Shown: positions 1 through 13,810 of the stretch, one piece after another
Layout of the letters: every line of letters begins with the position of its first letter
Numbering within the stretch: position 1 is the first letter of the stretch
Source: Ruditapes philippinarum
Lineage: Eukaryota
DNA: 64,000 nucleotides
Reading direction: 5' to 3'
Assembly: GCF_026571515.1 (NCBI RefSeq)
Contig: NW_026858332.1
Span: forward strand, 1-64,000
Notes under the pieces: generated by a model
The model's input: only the letters and a program-made list of their open reading frames with translations
What the model was told of the DNA's origin: nothing
The model's database searches: none
Position numbers and translations under genes: made by a program

Positions 1-620
1 TAACAATAACAAATTTTATTACAGAAAAATTAATAAAGAAAATCAAAATAACAAATTATGTTTACAAATACCTGAAGTCCAAATTAAAATGAAATCTTAC
101 AATGTCTAGTCTGATCCTGGAATGATCCTTTTTGAATAGCACAGTTAAATCCAAGTTCAATCCAAGAACACTTAAGAATAAATTCCCACAATAAAATCCA
201 CAAGAATAATTTATTTTAAAATCCAAGCTCCAATAATTCACTTAATATCCAATTTGAATAATACTCCAAATATATTGATGACTTAAAAAGTAACTGATGA
301 CTTAAAACATCACTGATGACTTAAAAGGTAACTGATGACTTAAAGATAGGAGTAATGAAAAATGTCTCCTTATATATATTAACTAAGAAGTTTCTAGAAT
401 AGTCTTCCATTTACTACAGTAATCATAATCTAGCAACTTCAACAATAAAGATCATTCCAGAAATTTCTATCTAAATATAATGCATGAGTTTTCTACAACA
501 GTCAAGAAAGTTATAGTACATACATGTAGTTTATGTTCTAAAAATAGAACAATGATAATATTGGAAATACCAACTGGTCAGATATAAATTATATACATGT
601 AATATGTTGCATACATAACA
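1..620 (-). mobile_element. Possible LTR (solo or element end), running off the left edge of the window
   Basis: Minus strand begins TGTTATG at 620, has a TATA-like TATATATAAG near 370-379 and AATAAA at ~15-20, and contains an internal 19-bp tandem repeat. No partner LTR or TSD is visible. Confidence 0.3.
276..345. repeat. 19-bp minisatellite, 4 copies (TGATGACTTAAAAnnTAAC)
   Basis: Units start at 276, 295, 314 and 333. Confidence 0.9.
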
Positions 621-3600
621 ATAACAAGTAAAGAAAATATTGAACTTTAGTATTTTACTTCAGAAATAGACTTAAAATGAAGCTTAAATTCAAATGATTT
701 AGTCTTTAAGCTTAAGTCTTGAACTGCAATCTGTTGCTATCGACCATCTCTTATAGATTTTTTTGGAAATTGTTGAGTGCTTCATGATGTTGTTTGAAAG
801 CTCATTTGGCTTTCTATTACCTTTTCTGCATTTAAAAATAAGGACAATTCTGTGTAACAGCTGCAAAAAATTGTCCCGTATTTCATGTTAGTGTTTCTGG
901 CCCTACGGGATCATTGATTCTAACACTTTTAAGTGTTGAAGATTTAGTACCACTCCAGCCGGTGCAAGGGTGCATGAGGGATGTTGCACGTTATCATTAT
1001 TCTCAATCAAACTGAGTCTGTAATTTTCATGTAATTTTGCTGTGATTAATGCTTCGGGGGGGGACCACACTTTGTCCAGATTTTAACTAGTTTAGATTGA
1101 CATTGTCAATTTAAATTTTATATTTTATTAATTAAGTGATCTGATTTACTCTCAAAAATTCACAGTATACATTTGAAATCACTGAAGCCTGTTTTGTGAA
1201 GTCTTAAACTTTGATTGGTATACAAACTGTTCCCCAATATTTACTTGCAGCATTCTTCAAAGTTATGTTCATTTGAGACCCTAGCTAAGACAAATATGCA
1301 GTATCTTTAAGTAAAACAAATGTAAATCGTCAGAAATACTAAATTACTAAGAAAAACGAAAAATCCCGTAATTGATATATATAACTTAATAAAACAGCAA
1401 TGCTAAATATTACAATTTTATCCCTTATTTCACTTTGTAGAAACACTAAACAATAAGCATAACAAAATGATAAAAAAAACTTTAACATACTTGACAGTCC
1501 TTTCTATGTTTATTGAATAATATACAGCTATAAGAGTATTACTCTCATTTTCAGCCAGGGTCATCAATTGTTATTTCATCAACGAGTTTATTCAACATTA
1601 TTTTTCACAATGCAATGAATCTTACAGCTTTTTTCATTCAAACTAAATATAAATGCAGATATACGAATTAACTTTTAACGTAATTTTTTCGCCCATAGTT
1701 GGTATTGGTTAAAGGTCCTGTAACTCAATTTTTATGGTTTTATCATAAATATTATCATAAATATAATGGTCAAATGAAGATTTATCAATATTCTTAGTTC
1801 CAAAAAGCATTATTTGTAAAGATATTACCGGATTTACATTTCATTTCATGTTAATAAATTGAGGTAATTAGAATTTTATTTTCTATAAAATCTTAGTCAA
1901 ATTTTTCAATAGAAATGAACGCATACATTTTAATGTTGTGGAGAAATATTTGCAGTAGATATTTTACATATAATACGATGTTTAAAAATTGTTTAAGAGG
2001 CATATTTATATACATATATAAAATTTCACTTAAGTGTGGTAACAACCTTAATTGCAACATACAGAATCTTTAATCAACGTTACGACCTTACATTGAAACA
2101 ACGTTGTGTGCCTGCTGGGATTTGAAGAATGTGAAACATGCTCAATGTTGCGCTTTGGATTGCCAAAGTTTGTTGTATGAATTATCAAAAGTGGCTTTAT
2201 ATATAGCTCAAATTCAGAACGTTTGTGTTCAAAGTACACTGTGTTTTATAAGTCTAACTTGAAGTGACTTTAGTTAACAAACTTTAAGGTAAAAGGAAAT
2301 GGACATGCAACAATGGTACCAAAGTAACCACACATATATATTATTGCTGTCCAATATTCATTTGAGGTCATGAAGAAATTCAACATGCAGAAAAGAAGCG
2401 TTTGTTTCTATATTCTTTATCAAAACGAAGATTATTATATTTCCATTGTCAGTAATAAGTTTTCCTTAAAGTATCGTCAAATCTAACCGGCATCACGATA
2501 TCGAAAACTTTTTTGTCTTTTGCTATTTATTGCGAGAATAGCAAGAAGTTAAATAAAAGCTAAGATAATATATGAAAATATTGGTTTTTTATAATTATTA
2601 TGATCAAGTATGAATGAACAACTTTTCGAATTGTAACATTCACTTCTCTTTATATTCGATGAAATGTATGTCATTAAAATTTAAAGCTAAGTTTCACATT
2701 ACTTACCCTTCTAATATATTTGCCTATATACGTTCAAACGTTGTTATAAGGGGTTAGCAAACCTTGTGATGATATAAAGCCTGATAACTTTAAATAATCT
2801 CTTAAACAGACTTTGTGTGCATAACATTTCTGCCCTATTGCTATTTGATGTCCAACTCGATGACATTCAAATAGTCTTAAATAGTTGGGTATAGAACTGG
2901 TTATCAAACTTGGGTATCAACGTTGTTTGCTCTTATTGATCTACACTCACCTAAATGACTGAACAGTGCCCTTTTCCTGGTGAATTATTTTACCAATCGT
3001 CCATCATTAATAATAACATTATTTATACTGATAGGAAGCAAATTTTTTTAATTCTTATAATCTTTGTTAGATTCAGTCATCTTTGCTAATGAAGCTCGAA
3101 TGGAACGCTGGTTCCTCCAAATCATATTTTGCAATGTTCTCATTCTGCTACTTTTCATTATTGCATGACCCTAGAGTAGATAGGCAAATTTCTCAAGTAC
3201 ATGTATTCCAAAAACAAATAAAGTACTATATGAGTACTATGTACTATTTAACACTGACGAACTAAAAAATCTTTCAGTTAGGTTGTCATTATCACGAATA
3301 GATCATGAAAAGCGTCTACTTTCGTAATAGTTTTATTTGCTTACAACAGACTTTTCATGTTTCATTTCAATGATGTAAATGTCCCTTCTTTACAATTTAT
3401 GTCAAGCGGTAGTCTCTATGATTTTTAAAAGGGTATCACTTGATGTTGGATCACCAATGAATAGAATTTTAAAAAAACACACAAACAAGAAGAATTTTAT
3501 GTTGAACGAGCTTAAAGGATCTCTGATTGAATGTACAGCAGAGTTTTAAGAGCCGCCACATTTCTCTTCTCTTATTGAACATAAAACTGAACAATATTCA

Positions 3601-4634
3601 AAGCTTAAAAGGGGTTGAAGAATGGAAAAAAAAATGGAAGAATTTTCTAAATGTAAACTAACCCTGTTTTTTTCCTAACGTTTAAGCAGGGTTTTATATT
3701 AAAAAATAAGAATCTACCCTTAATTACATCATTTGTATTGATTAATTCAGCCTGAGATCAGAAAATAACACCGAGGTCAAATTCAATATGACATCTGTAC
3801 GTCAGTTCATTGCTTAGTATTATGAGACACAAGAAGCGGAACTAAGTGTAGCCCTTACTGCATACGAAATTTAAACAACTTGTAAAAGTTGTATAATTTG
3901 TGATTCAAAAATTGTTGATCATAAAGGTTTATGTGTGAGTTCTTATTGAAGAGTCTTAATGACTCTTGGCTAAATGGCCCACTTTTATTCAAAAGTATAT
4001 CTTTCAAGTCATTTCAGTAAAGAGTAGATGCAGGTTGTTTTTCTTTAATTGCTTGTAGTTTAAATACCCTTTACAAAGAACTTGTTGGAGTGGTATGAAA
4101 ATATATATTTCAGGACTTGCGGTAACCATGATTTTTTATAGCTGTTTTACCTTGCGTCTCGAACGACTACCTCTTTAATTTTGTGTTTCAGCTAAATTTA
4201 GAAAAGAAAGTCGGCAAGACAACTGTGAAAATACTGAAAATATGTGTACCTGCAGTGAAATTAATTTTTATTTTACATTAAAAATACAGAAAATGAAATT
4301 ACGCATTTTATTTCATCAAGATTTTAATTTTCACGGTCAGTTGTTAGGGTATGAGACTTATTTTTAAACAAAAACAATTTAAACAAACTCATAAATCCCG
4401 ATTTGTTTGTGTATATATAGTGTATAGTATCTGTTTAGTCTCTAGTAAATCTAGTATATAAAAGGTTTCATATAAGTATACCATTGCCTTATCTTGTACA
4501 ATAATATGTATCGCAAATGTACTGAATTATGCATATATGTCTTAAAATATATCTTAGCAGCGTGGAAGTAACGTTTAACACTCCTGTCTTTTCGTCCTTT
4601 CTTTTTATTCTCCTTTCGAAAATGTTTTACTATA

Positions 4635-7600
4635 TTACCCAAGGAAATCAACATAGGTAATTTTCTTTTTACCAGTACATTTGTCTTCCACTTCAACAAT
4701 GAATTCAGTCCCACCAAATAACATAGATAGTGAAACCTCTCTTTGACTCGTATTATTTTCCTCATCGAACTCTATCCTCAGTAGTCCTATCTCAAAGCAT
4801 CCGTCATCATCAATGTAAACAGGATCTTCTCTCTCTGAAGCGAAGATATTAAACCGCAAACTCTTCTGCTTACTTGAAAGTGTATGACATATTCTCTTTA
4901 CTTGTGTTTTCCCCATATTCACAGTTTGCCCAGTTGTAACAAATTTACCGAAAACATCACGACATCTAATACTATGGTCTATAGCTTCAGATCGTTTGCT
5001 CTCTTGATGAATTCCCTCTATAAAAATTGGTGTGTAATCAATGCCGTAGGTATACTTGAGAATCATTTCACTTATTGAAGAAGGATTATGTCCATATATC
5101 AGAGCACCTCTTAAAACAACTGATGAAGCGCAGGCAGGTATAACGACTTCAGTTCCCGACAATGCTTCTAATACTGCATGTTGTAAAACCGGTGATTCAG
5201 AATAACCACCAATCATCAGTAACACTCTCACGTCTTGCAGTGAGCCGTCGGACAGCACTGACTTCAAATGACCAACCGTTTTTGTCACTGACGCGTCAAA
5301 TAGTTGAACAAAGACTTTGTTAGAAATCTTCATCTTATCTCTTTTGAGCTCAATCAGACCAGCATACTGAGACGATGCTAATGAAGTACAAAGGTCAAAT
5401 TGTGAGTATTAATTGTAAAGATCAATTAAGGATGCAGGTATTCTCATCCCTATTTTACCTTCATTGTCTACAATCGTCTCTCGTTTCCGTGACACAAAGT
5501 CTCGTTGCATGTCAAGCCAATCCTCCATTTCTTCGTGTTTAAATTTTTAAAAAAACAGTTTGTCCTACTATACGTATAAGCAAATTTTCAAATTCCTTGT
5601 CAACCATTATACCTCCCCAATCGCCACCACTTGCAGGTTTTACTTCTCTCAAAGTATGCTCATTTCCTGTCTCGTGCACTGTTACGTCTATCGTTCCACC
5701 TAGTAAATAATACATGTATTTCACATATGATGCCATCGATAGTAATGTCACGAAGTTCAAACCACTATAATTTTAATGTTCACAGGTAAGTTTTAAACGT
5801 TCCTGTTAAAAATTTGATCATTTCAGGAAAACATTGTCTCATTTAAGTTTCCTTGCACATATATGCTTTATTTCTGTTTTTATTATTACCAAAAAAGCAA
5901 CATGACTTGGAAACAAGAAATAAAGAGCTCTAAACGTTTAATAATTTATGCATCTTTCTTTTTTTTATTTATTCAATGCCTAAAACAATAAGTTATAGCA
6001 ATTTTTAAATAATTACCGCATATATTTTTTGATTTTTTTTTTTAATTTTTAGTATATGATCCAAGCAAACTAAGAATACGTTTACACAACGTATACCACA
6101 ACGGAACAATCGTATGGATGATAACACTCGTCAGCTTTTTGTGTGACTAAAGTAACCGATTCGACAAAAGGAAAAGGCTAAACTTATGCCTATATCCAGC
6201 AGTATCAGTACACTGATTTATAAGTAGTAGCAAAATCATTCAGCAAATGTAAGAAAAATGTATTTTTTAATTTTGATATAATTGCATATGTGACGCCTAT
6301 GAATCTGTAAAATGAAAATATTCAATGATATTTAAAAGACCAATACCTCCTGCATCAACAACTATGTATTTGGTGCCAATTGGTAACTTGTTCATCGAAA
6401 CATTGCCAATCTCACCACGTTTATGCATATGAACATGCCTGCAATACAACGAATTAAGCCGCTTCGGGTTCCAGTGCGATTGTTAGTTGTTCTTTACAAA
6501 TACCAGTCTGAGAAAGTAATTATGGTTCGATTAATTACTAGTATTTGCTAACATAACTAAAATGAAATTCAAAAGAACTAAATGCTAATTTGGTTCTGTT
6601 CACATACTGTTTTCTAGAATGTGATGACAGGAGATTATGCAGAATATCTAAAGAGACACTATTTTATTTTGATTTTAATTTAATTGGAGTTTTTTCAATG
6701 ATGAAAATATTGGAGTAATTTTCGACACTCATACTGGCTTAATAAGCATTAAGTTCTGACAAAAACACTGTGATTAAAATCAGTTATAAATAACGCTCCG
6801 CTTCTAGATCTGACCGTGACCAAAAACGAAATCATTTCTGTTTACCACAGCCAATCATCGGCGAACTTTCAAAATTTTGAAAGCGATGTTGTTTCAAATT
6901 CTAACGCTGGGAAAACCAATACTGGTGAGTAGGTAATTCTCACGATTTCGCGTTGTCCATATAGGCGACAGGTAAAAAATCTTGTCCATCAAGATTTACT
7001 CTTTTATTTCAAGATAATTTGTTAAAAATTACTTCAAACATTTTTTTCCTAACAAAATCAACAATTTGTTAAACTTCCATGGATAACGGTATTTTGATAC
7101 TTCTTCTAATGCCAATGTAAAAACCGGATTGATTGCATGGGAAATCCGAATTGTTAAGGCGAAACATATACGGTCATCATCAGATCTGCATAAAAGAAAT
7201 AAGTAGATCTGAACTTAAGTCATATTGGACAAAATGATATCATTCGAAATCAGTAAAGTCAGGGTGCAAAACGTGCTTGCCCATTACTAATATAACGGTC
7301 CACGTTTAAATTTACATTGTTACCTTTTCAGCAGCTTCACGCATGAATTGTTTAGCGGCATCGGACCAAATTGCAGGAACTGTTACAACTAAGTGAATTT
7401 CAGAGTGTTTGATTATACCATCTATACCATTATTCAACATGTCATCTACCAAGAACTTGATTGACATTCCAAAGACATCAGCTGCTAAAAGAGGTCTGCT
7501 GGATTCGTCTTTGATTGTTATGTCTCTTTTTAAGTCCTGGAATAATATTTAAACATGTAATGAAGATTTTTCTTTCAATTGGAATGAATAAGAAATATTG

Positions 7601-9995
7601 ATTCATATGTCTTCTGGATGAAGAACATAGTACCCGTTATCTTGCTTTAAGTATAGCTTCATTGAATCAATAACTGTCCAAACAGGTTTCCTGCCAATTG
7701 TGATTGCATCACAAACTCCGACAATATGCCTACCGGGACTTGATGATGATCGTTCAATGGATGATTGGTTGACACATTCTTATAAGAGATTTCATGAGTA
7801 AAATAATTATCTTCTTTATATTTGGGAGTTGATAAAGAATATTAAGATATATGAAACCGTACTTTGCCCATCTTACAATAGAGTTCCATTTTGAATCGTT
7901 TAAAGAAGAAATAATATTCTTCTTCTCCTTTATCAAGTAATTCCCTATATTCGTTTTCTGCATCGTACCCAAACGCTTTCAGTGTTTTACCATCTGGATT
8001 TACCAATGCACATGTTGGTGTTTTTTCTGTCACTAAAGTTCCTGATCTTGACTGCCAATGTTTTGTCTTTGCTTTTGTCGGATCCGACTCATAGTCATGT
8101 TTAAAAGAAAAGGCCCAGCCGGAGTAAGTCGTTCCAAAGTCTATCGCTCCAACAAGAAGATTTTTTGTGGTCTTCTGCGGATTGGAAGCCTGTGCATAAT
8201 ATGAAAATAATTTCAGATGTTTGGCCAACACAACATACATTAGGAACACTAGGAAACCAGAAACATTGAATGAAATAAGAATAGGGATAAATATACATTT
8301 AACAAAATACATGTTATTGTTGATTGAAATAAAAAGTACGTTTCTATGAAGTAAACTGATACAAAAAGCTATGTAAGGCCTACACAAGTGTTTATGTTTT
8401 TAAACTTACAAATCTCGTAAATACACTGAGATGATTAGATTAATGCTATGAATTTGTTCAATGAAAATGAAATAATGAGTCGGTGGCATTAATTAACTAT
8501 TGACCTTATGAACTGTTGAACCTATATGTACATACTCTGATTTTTTTATATAAAGACGTATCAGAAAGATATTTAGATATTATCATTTGTATTTCGTCAG
8601 CAACCTGTTAAACAAATAAAAAATAAATTGCAAAATCTTTTTATTTACTTTAAATCAATGATATCGATTGGTTTCATATTGTTTTTTCCTTTTCCTCACA
8701 GCTAAATGCCTCGCTTACGTATAATCCCGAATTCTTCAGATTGTCATGTATTACTGCAGGAGAGAAATTCTTTTATCTAGTTCAATTTCCTAAATTGCAA
8801 CTTTCCCAACATTAACCTTATGATTCGTATGTATACACTATTCATATCGATGTTTGTTTTGTTAGTTTTTTCTTTAATCGTGTTTACAGGCATAACCTCA
8901 AAACCGTTTATATAGTCATTAAAAGTGTGTGTGATTTTTTTGTTATTGTTGTTGTTTTGTAAACTGCGGTATGAGTCAGCTATGGATTTTATATCTATTT
9001 GCATAGTTTGTACAAAAAAGTTGCAGCATACCTTCGATGAATGAAAACGATGAAAAATCACCAAAAATATATCTATCCGGCGAAATACCTACTTTATTAA
9101 TTAAATGTACATATATGATTCTGATAGTTTTCTTAAAAGGGACTACACTGAGGTTTTTTGACATGATTGGACTGAAAATATGTTTCCACAAAAATGTACC
9201 ATTTGATGTAGGTTTAGAACACTAATCTTTGTGCAAAATTTCAGATCATTCGCGCACTTCGTTTTTCCTGAATAATTATTCAAATTGTAAAACAATGACT
9301 CAAAATGAAAAGCGTTTAAACGCTTTTTACTTAAATCGAGATAAGAGAAGCATAAAAATACGATTTTCAATTTATTTCAAATTATATTTCTTAACTATCT
9401 TTGTATGTATTTCTGTTTAAAGTGTCCCAGCTCATTTATATAAGAAATTCAAATGTTATGTTTTTACGCTTTTTAACCTCAGTGGAGTCCCTTTTTAATT
9501 GAGTGTACATTATTTTTGGATAAGTACAGGGAGACAATGAAATATAAGACGCAAATATTCATCAAATATGTAATAATAACATTTGATTAATTAAGAGACA
9601 TTCTTCTCAAAATTTAAGGCCATCACATACGTCAAGTTTGCAATGAAATATCGATTTTTACATTTATTTTGAAATGATAGAATATTACCAAGTATAAATT
9701 ATTCAGGAAAAAAAGTTTTGTTTCATCGAGAAATCTGTATTTTCATGATAAATAACATATCAGACCTGGCATGATGACACCTATCGATAATACTTTGCAG
9801 CGTCGACTTTGAGAATTGATTTACAGATATTTTATTTGTATAACTTTCGATTTCAAATTTATGTTTATTTCAAGAAAACAAAACATATAGTCAATGGTTA
9901 AAATGCAGTATACATTTTAAGATTAAATAATTAAGTACTATCTGAGCAATTTCAAGAAAAATCAAAAGTTAAAAATAACATACCATAACAGACAT
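4635..9995 (-). pseudogene. HSPA12: HSPA12-family (heat shock 70 kDa protein 12A/B-like) copy 1, disrupted. Exons 9995-9984, 8189-7863, 7536-7324, 6507-6347, 5699-4635
   Basis: Motifs GAIDFGTTYSGWAFSF, EKTPT, VVTVPAIWSDAAKQFMREAA, LEPEAA, VDAGGGTIDVT, SGGDWGG and GGYSES. All introns are GT-AG. Lesions relative to copy 2: TTAA insertion at 6454-6457 (GCT TAA stop), +1 base in the T/A run at ~5545-5555, and an in-frame 9-bp deletion in exon 3. Confidence 0.9.
9137..9494. mobile_element. Non-autonomous DNA transposon (MITE) with TTAA target site, Kolobok-like
   Basis: TIR AAGGGACTACACTGAGGTT ... AACCTCAGTGGAGTCCCTT flanked by TTAA. The paralogous intron (~23381-23386) has a single empty TTAA. 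Confidence 0.8.
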
Positions 9996-12088
9996 GTCTT
10001 CCTACTAAATGTCAATGAATTCACAAACAGGAAGTAAAATACAAACTTGTGACGAATGCTTTTGGATAATGTTTTATATCAGTCTGAATGATTATGTATA
10101 GATTACGCAATGTTGCAAATTTTAAATGTAATGAACTTTTGTTTAAGTATTTATATTAAAATAAGGCATGTTTTTGTGTTAATGTGTTATTTTATTAATG
10201 AGTAAATTGTATTTATTTCCATAGATTTTCTAATTAAAAAATTATGTGATTTCAAGACATGATATTTTGAGTATTTTATACTTTAAATTCTTTTAGACTA
10301 TATAATTATATACATCGGATTTTTAGGACTTTTTTCTGTAGCAACAATTACATGTATATAGTGATATCAAATATGCAAAACATTATCTTTTCTGAAGGAA
10401 TTTATTTTAAGTTGGGTCTAAGTTTTGGCTAAAATGCCTATCCTACTAGGGGATGTGACTAAGAGTGAGAATATGCAACAGATGTATGAAGTACATCAAT
10501 TACCTGTTATATTTATATATGTTCTACATATTGGATTATGTATTTTGGCATATTAGCCAAAACTTAGACCCAACATAATGCAGTATCCCCTAGTAGGATA
10601 GGCATTTTAGCCAAAACTTAAATCCATCATAATGGAGTGTATGTTTGTCTGGTTTTTACACCGATTGTAATACATTTTATCAGATCCACCTAACTGGTTT
10701 TCCTGGATTACTCATCACTAATTTTTTTTATTTCTCGCAAGTGACCGACTACTTATAAAACATGGGAGCCCATTGACCTTAAGACTCGATGTATAATATA
10801 TCAGGAAATAATTCACCTTGCCCGGCAATCAAAGCAGCCACCACTTTGTTATGAGCCCTATGTTTCCCTATTGAGTTATTCGAGAGGACATTACAGTTAA
10901 TCAAAAGAAAATAACAACCTCCTTTTGATAACAAATTATGCCACTCTGTAGCTGATGAATATGAATGTCACCCATGTTATGCCAATCAACCATACTCAGT
11001 CTTTTTTCTGTTTTAGTACACAATTTAATCATCTGATACTGATAATTTTCTTAAATTGACATGTACACTATTTTGGTTAAGTTGAAGCGATATATTATTC
11101 ATGAAAACAATCAAATATAAGGCGCAAATATTTATTAACAATCAAAAGACATGCTTGCCCACATTATAGGCCATTAATTCAAAAAGCCCATACTTTAGCA
11201 CTCCAAGGAAACAGATATCCAAATAGATACTGATCGAATAGAATTATATCGTGTTTCGGTGATACATAAAGACCACACTGTTTCGTTATAAAGTAGAAAT
11301 TTATTACAATCAAGCATCAACATATATCTATACAGCTTTATGGTCCACATGAATTGCAAATGTATTATTATTTTATGAAAACAAAAAATATAGTCACATA
11401 TTTATATGTAGGTAAGGTTTTAACAAATATCTTAATTGAAATTATTGAAAATAGAAAAAAAAAACATCAAAAAACTATACAATCGATATAAATAACTTTT
11501 AAATCCCTGAAGCTACATAATAGAAAGTTATATACACATACTCTAGTTAGCAAGAAGTCCGATATATTTATTTAAAAAAATCTTATCTATGATATATTAC
11601 AGTCAGTTGGGTATTTCAGATCTTGAGTAGATATAAAGATTTTTGCTTAAAACTTTATTTATTCTATCTAGTTGGTGCTATTTAAAGAAAGCAGATAGAT
11701 AATACAAAACTTATTGAAATATCCGTATTTAGTTTTGTAAACATCTATCATTGGCAAAAACGCAAACCAATGTGGCGGTAGTAAATGTTCACTTGGTATA
11801 ACATGCCACGTGCTGCTGATTTATTTCCCAGTTTATAAGATAATTTATGAGCCCTTTATAACATTATAAATACATTTGCACATGCTTAGAGCCAAATACA
11901 CACAATATACACGTGCGTATAAAATATCAATGGTCAAATTAACATTTTAGGTATGTGAACATTTTTCAATGAAAACTTAAATTTTAGCATATTCAGTATT
12001 CATAGCCATAGTTATTTGTTTCAATAAGTTACTAGTACAGTTTTCGATTGCAAGAGTCATAGAAAACTGCACCATGCTTCGTACATAA

Positions 12089-12151
12089 TAGTCTGGAGTT
12101 CCTTCCCCATATACTACGTTCCGTAGTAAATGTAGGCAGGGAACAAGACTA
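12089..12151. mobile_element. 63-bp hairpin mini-transposon with 9-bp TSD (CGTACATAA) and TAG...CTA termini
   Basis: TAGTCT...AGACTA termini with internal stem TACTACG/CGTAGTA. TSD at 12080-12088 and 12152-12160. The paralog has the empty site at ~25883. Confidence 0.85.
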
Positions 12152-13651
12152 CGTACATAATCACTAAAAGGTTAACGTCAGCATTCTACAACATGGAAAA
12201 CTCTGTACAACTAGATGGCCTCAATATTCAGAGAGTCTCTCTGCTTTCTTGTAATATCGGACATCTTGACTGATCTTCAAGTATACATGGTTACCAATAC
12301 AATGTCCTGAGAAAAAGCTGTCTGAGCTGTAGGTTTGCCCACTTTACCTTCATATAAATCCATCAGAGCATGCATTATCACTAATTGGTCTCCTAAGCAA
12401 TGAGAAATGTGGATCAGACTTTCTGTTATCAGATATGGCAAATATCTGTGGATCTACTTAACAGCAAATCATTCCAGTCTCCCACTCGATGGATGTTGGG
12501 TACATCTACCCAATCGGAACAACCTCGGCTATTATTCATAATAATCTCACAGTGAAAGTAGTTCTACCACGTGGTTTCAGATGTAAACAGATACAGAGAG
12601 TGTAATCTTCGATAATGTAAGACGAATGTATATATTTGACATCTAAAGGAACATATAGTCTGTCCCGGTACAATTATGATTAATAATAATTCTGACAACC
12701 ATTTTTTTTATTTAAATATGCCTGTACAATTATAAACAAATTCAACCTAATGTAAACAGGTTAGAATTGCTTGTGTTTTCCCTTTGACTGCCGTCATTGC
12801 ATATCAATAAAGAATGACAGAAGATGTAACACCGATATTACTTTTAATGTGTTGTAGCTAAGCTATATTTAACTCTCAAAGTTAAGTGTAATGTAATACT
12901 ACTGTAACTAACGATATAATGAGTTCTTGCAAAAATGTAACTTTAAACTGTACACGATTCTTAAACTGTTGTCTTCCATTATTAGACAGCTCAATAGCCG
13001 ATCAATAAGCTACTATATCATTCATCTATAAGGGTACAGTACAACTGCTAAATAAACTCTGACCGACTATAGGACTGATCGAGTTATGAAAGGTAACATC
13101 TCGACTGAGACTTGGTAACGGGAAGGTAACGTAAAACAGAGCTAGATAACAAAATAACGGAGACGTAAATACTAAACATAATGAGATAGGAATAAACTTG
13201 TTCCTCAAGTATGATGATAAAGGTACATGTATATAATGCACATGAGAACAGAACAAAACAAAAACAACCTACTGAGTATTTTGCTGACATTTTGCAAATT
13301 TGTCCTAGAAAGAATGTGTGTATTATTGAATGATACATGTTTACATTTACACAGTACATATTAGTAAAATAATTTGAATTGACAGAAATAAAATCGTTAT
13401 TTGTTGTAACTAATATCGAAAATTTATGTTGACAAAATACCAACATTTAAATTCCATTAATTATTTTATCTGTCTAAGTTACCAATTTTCAAAGTTATAT
13501 ACCTTTACAAATAATTTTTAGAAAAATAAACAAAACATAACAAACTTATACGAATTGTAGTCTATGTTTAAGTTCAAACAAATTAACAATCTAGTTTAAA
13601 ATCAGATTGCTACATGCATCAGCGAAAAAAACTACAGAAACAACAAACGTA

Positions 13652-13810
13652 CTTTGTTTGTTTGTTTCATTTTTTTCCTAACAGTATTTCAGTCATGTAG
13701 GCGGGTAGTTTCCTAACCATCGTTCCTGGAGAGTTACATCAATACTAGACTACCTTCCTCTGCGCTAAACTACCAAAGCATCTCCCGGGGATCGAAGTCC
13801 CACGCCAGAA
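13652..13810 (-). mobile_element. Degenerate SINE-like fragment
   Basis: (TTTG)n tail followed by AACAGTATTTCAGTCATGT...GGGGATCGAA, which reads as a B-box-like TTCGATCCCC on the minus strand. Confidence 0.35.

Larger units (their letters stand above)
3020..12510. repeat. Segmental duplication unit 1 (paralogous to ~14520-26290)
   Basis: Collinear similarity from ACTGATAGGAAGCAAAT (~3027) vs ACTGATAGGCAGCAAAT (~14524) through both HSPA12 genes to CTCGATGGATGTT (~12486 vs ~26267). Introns and flanks align. Confidence 0.9.

Noticed and set aside
276-345. Repeated CTGATGA suggesting hammerhead ribozyme or C/D-box RNA cores
   Set aside because: No flanking helices or correctly placed GAAA. It is a simple 19-bp minisatellite.
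650-1240. Coding-like minus-strand stretch (EALITAKLHENYRLSLIE...LESMIPVGPETLT)
   Set aside because: Multiple stops and a probable frameshift, with no recognisable motif. Cannot be assigned.
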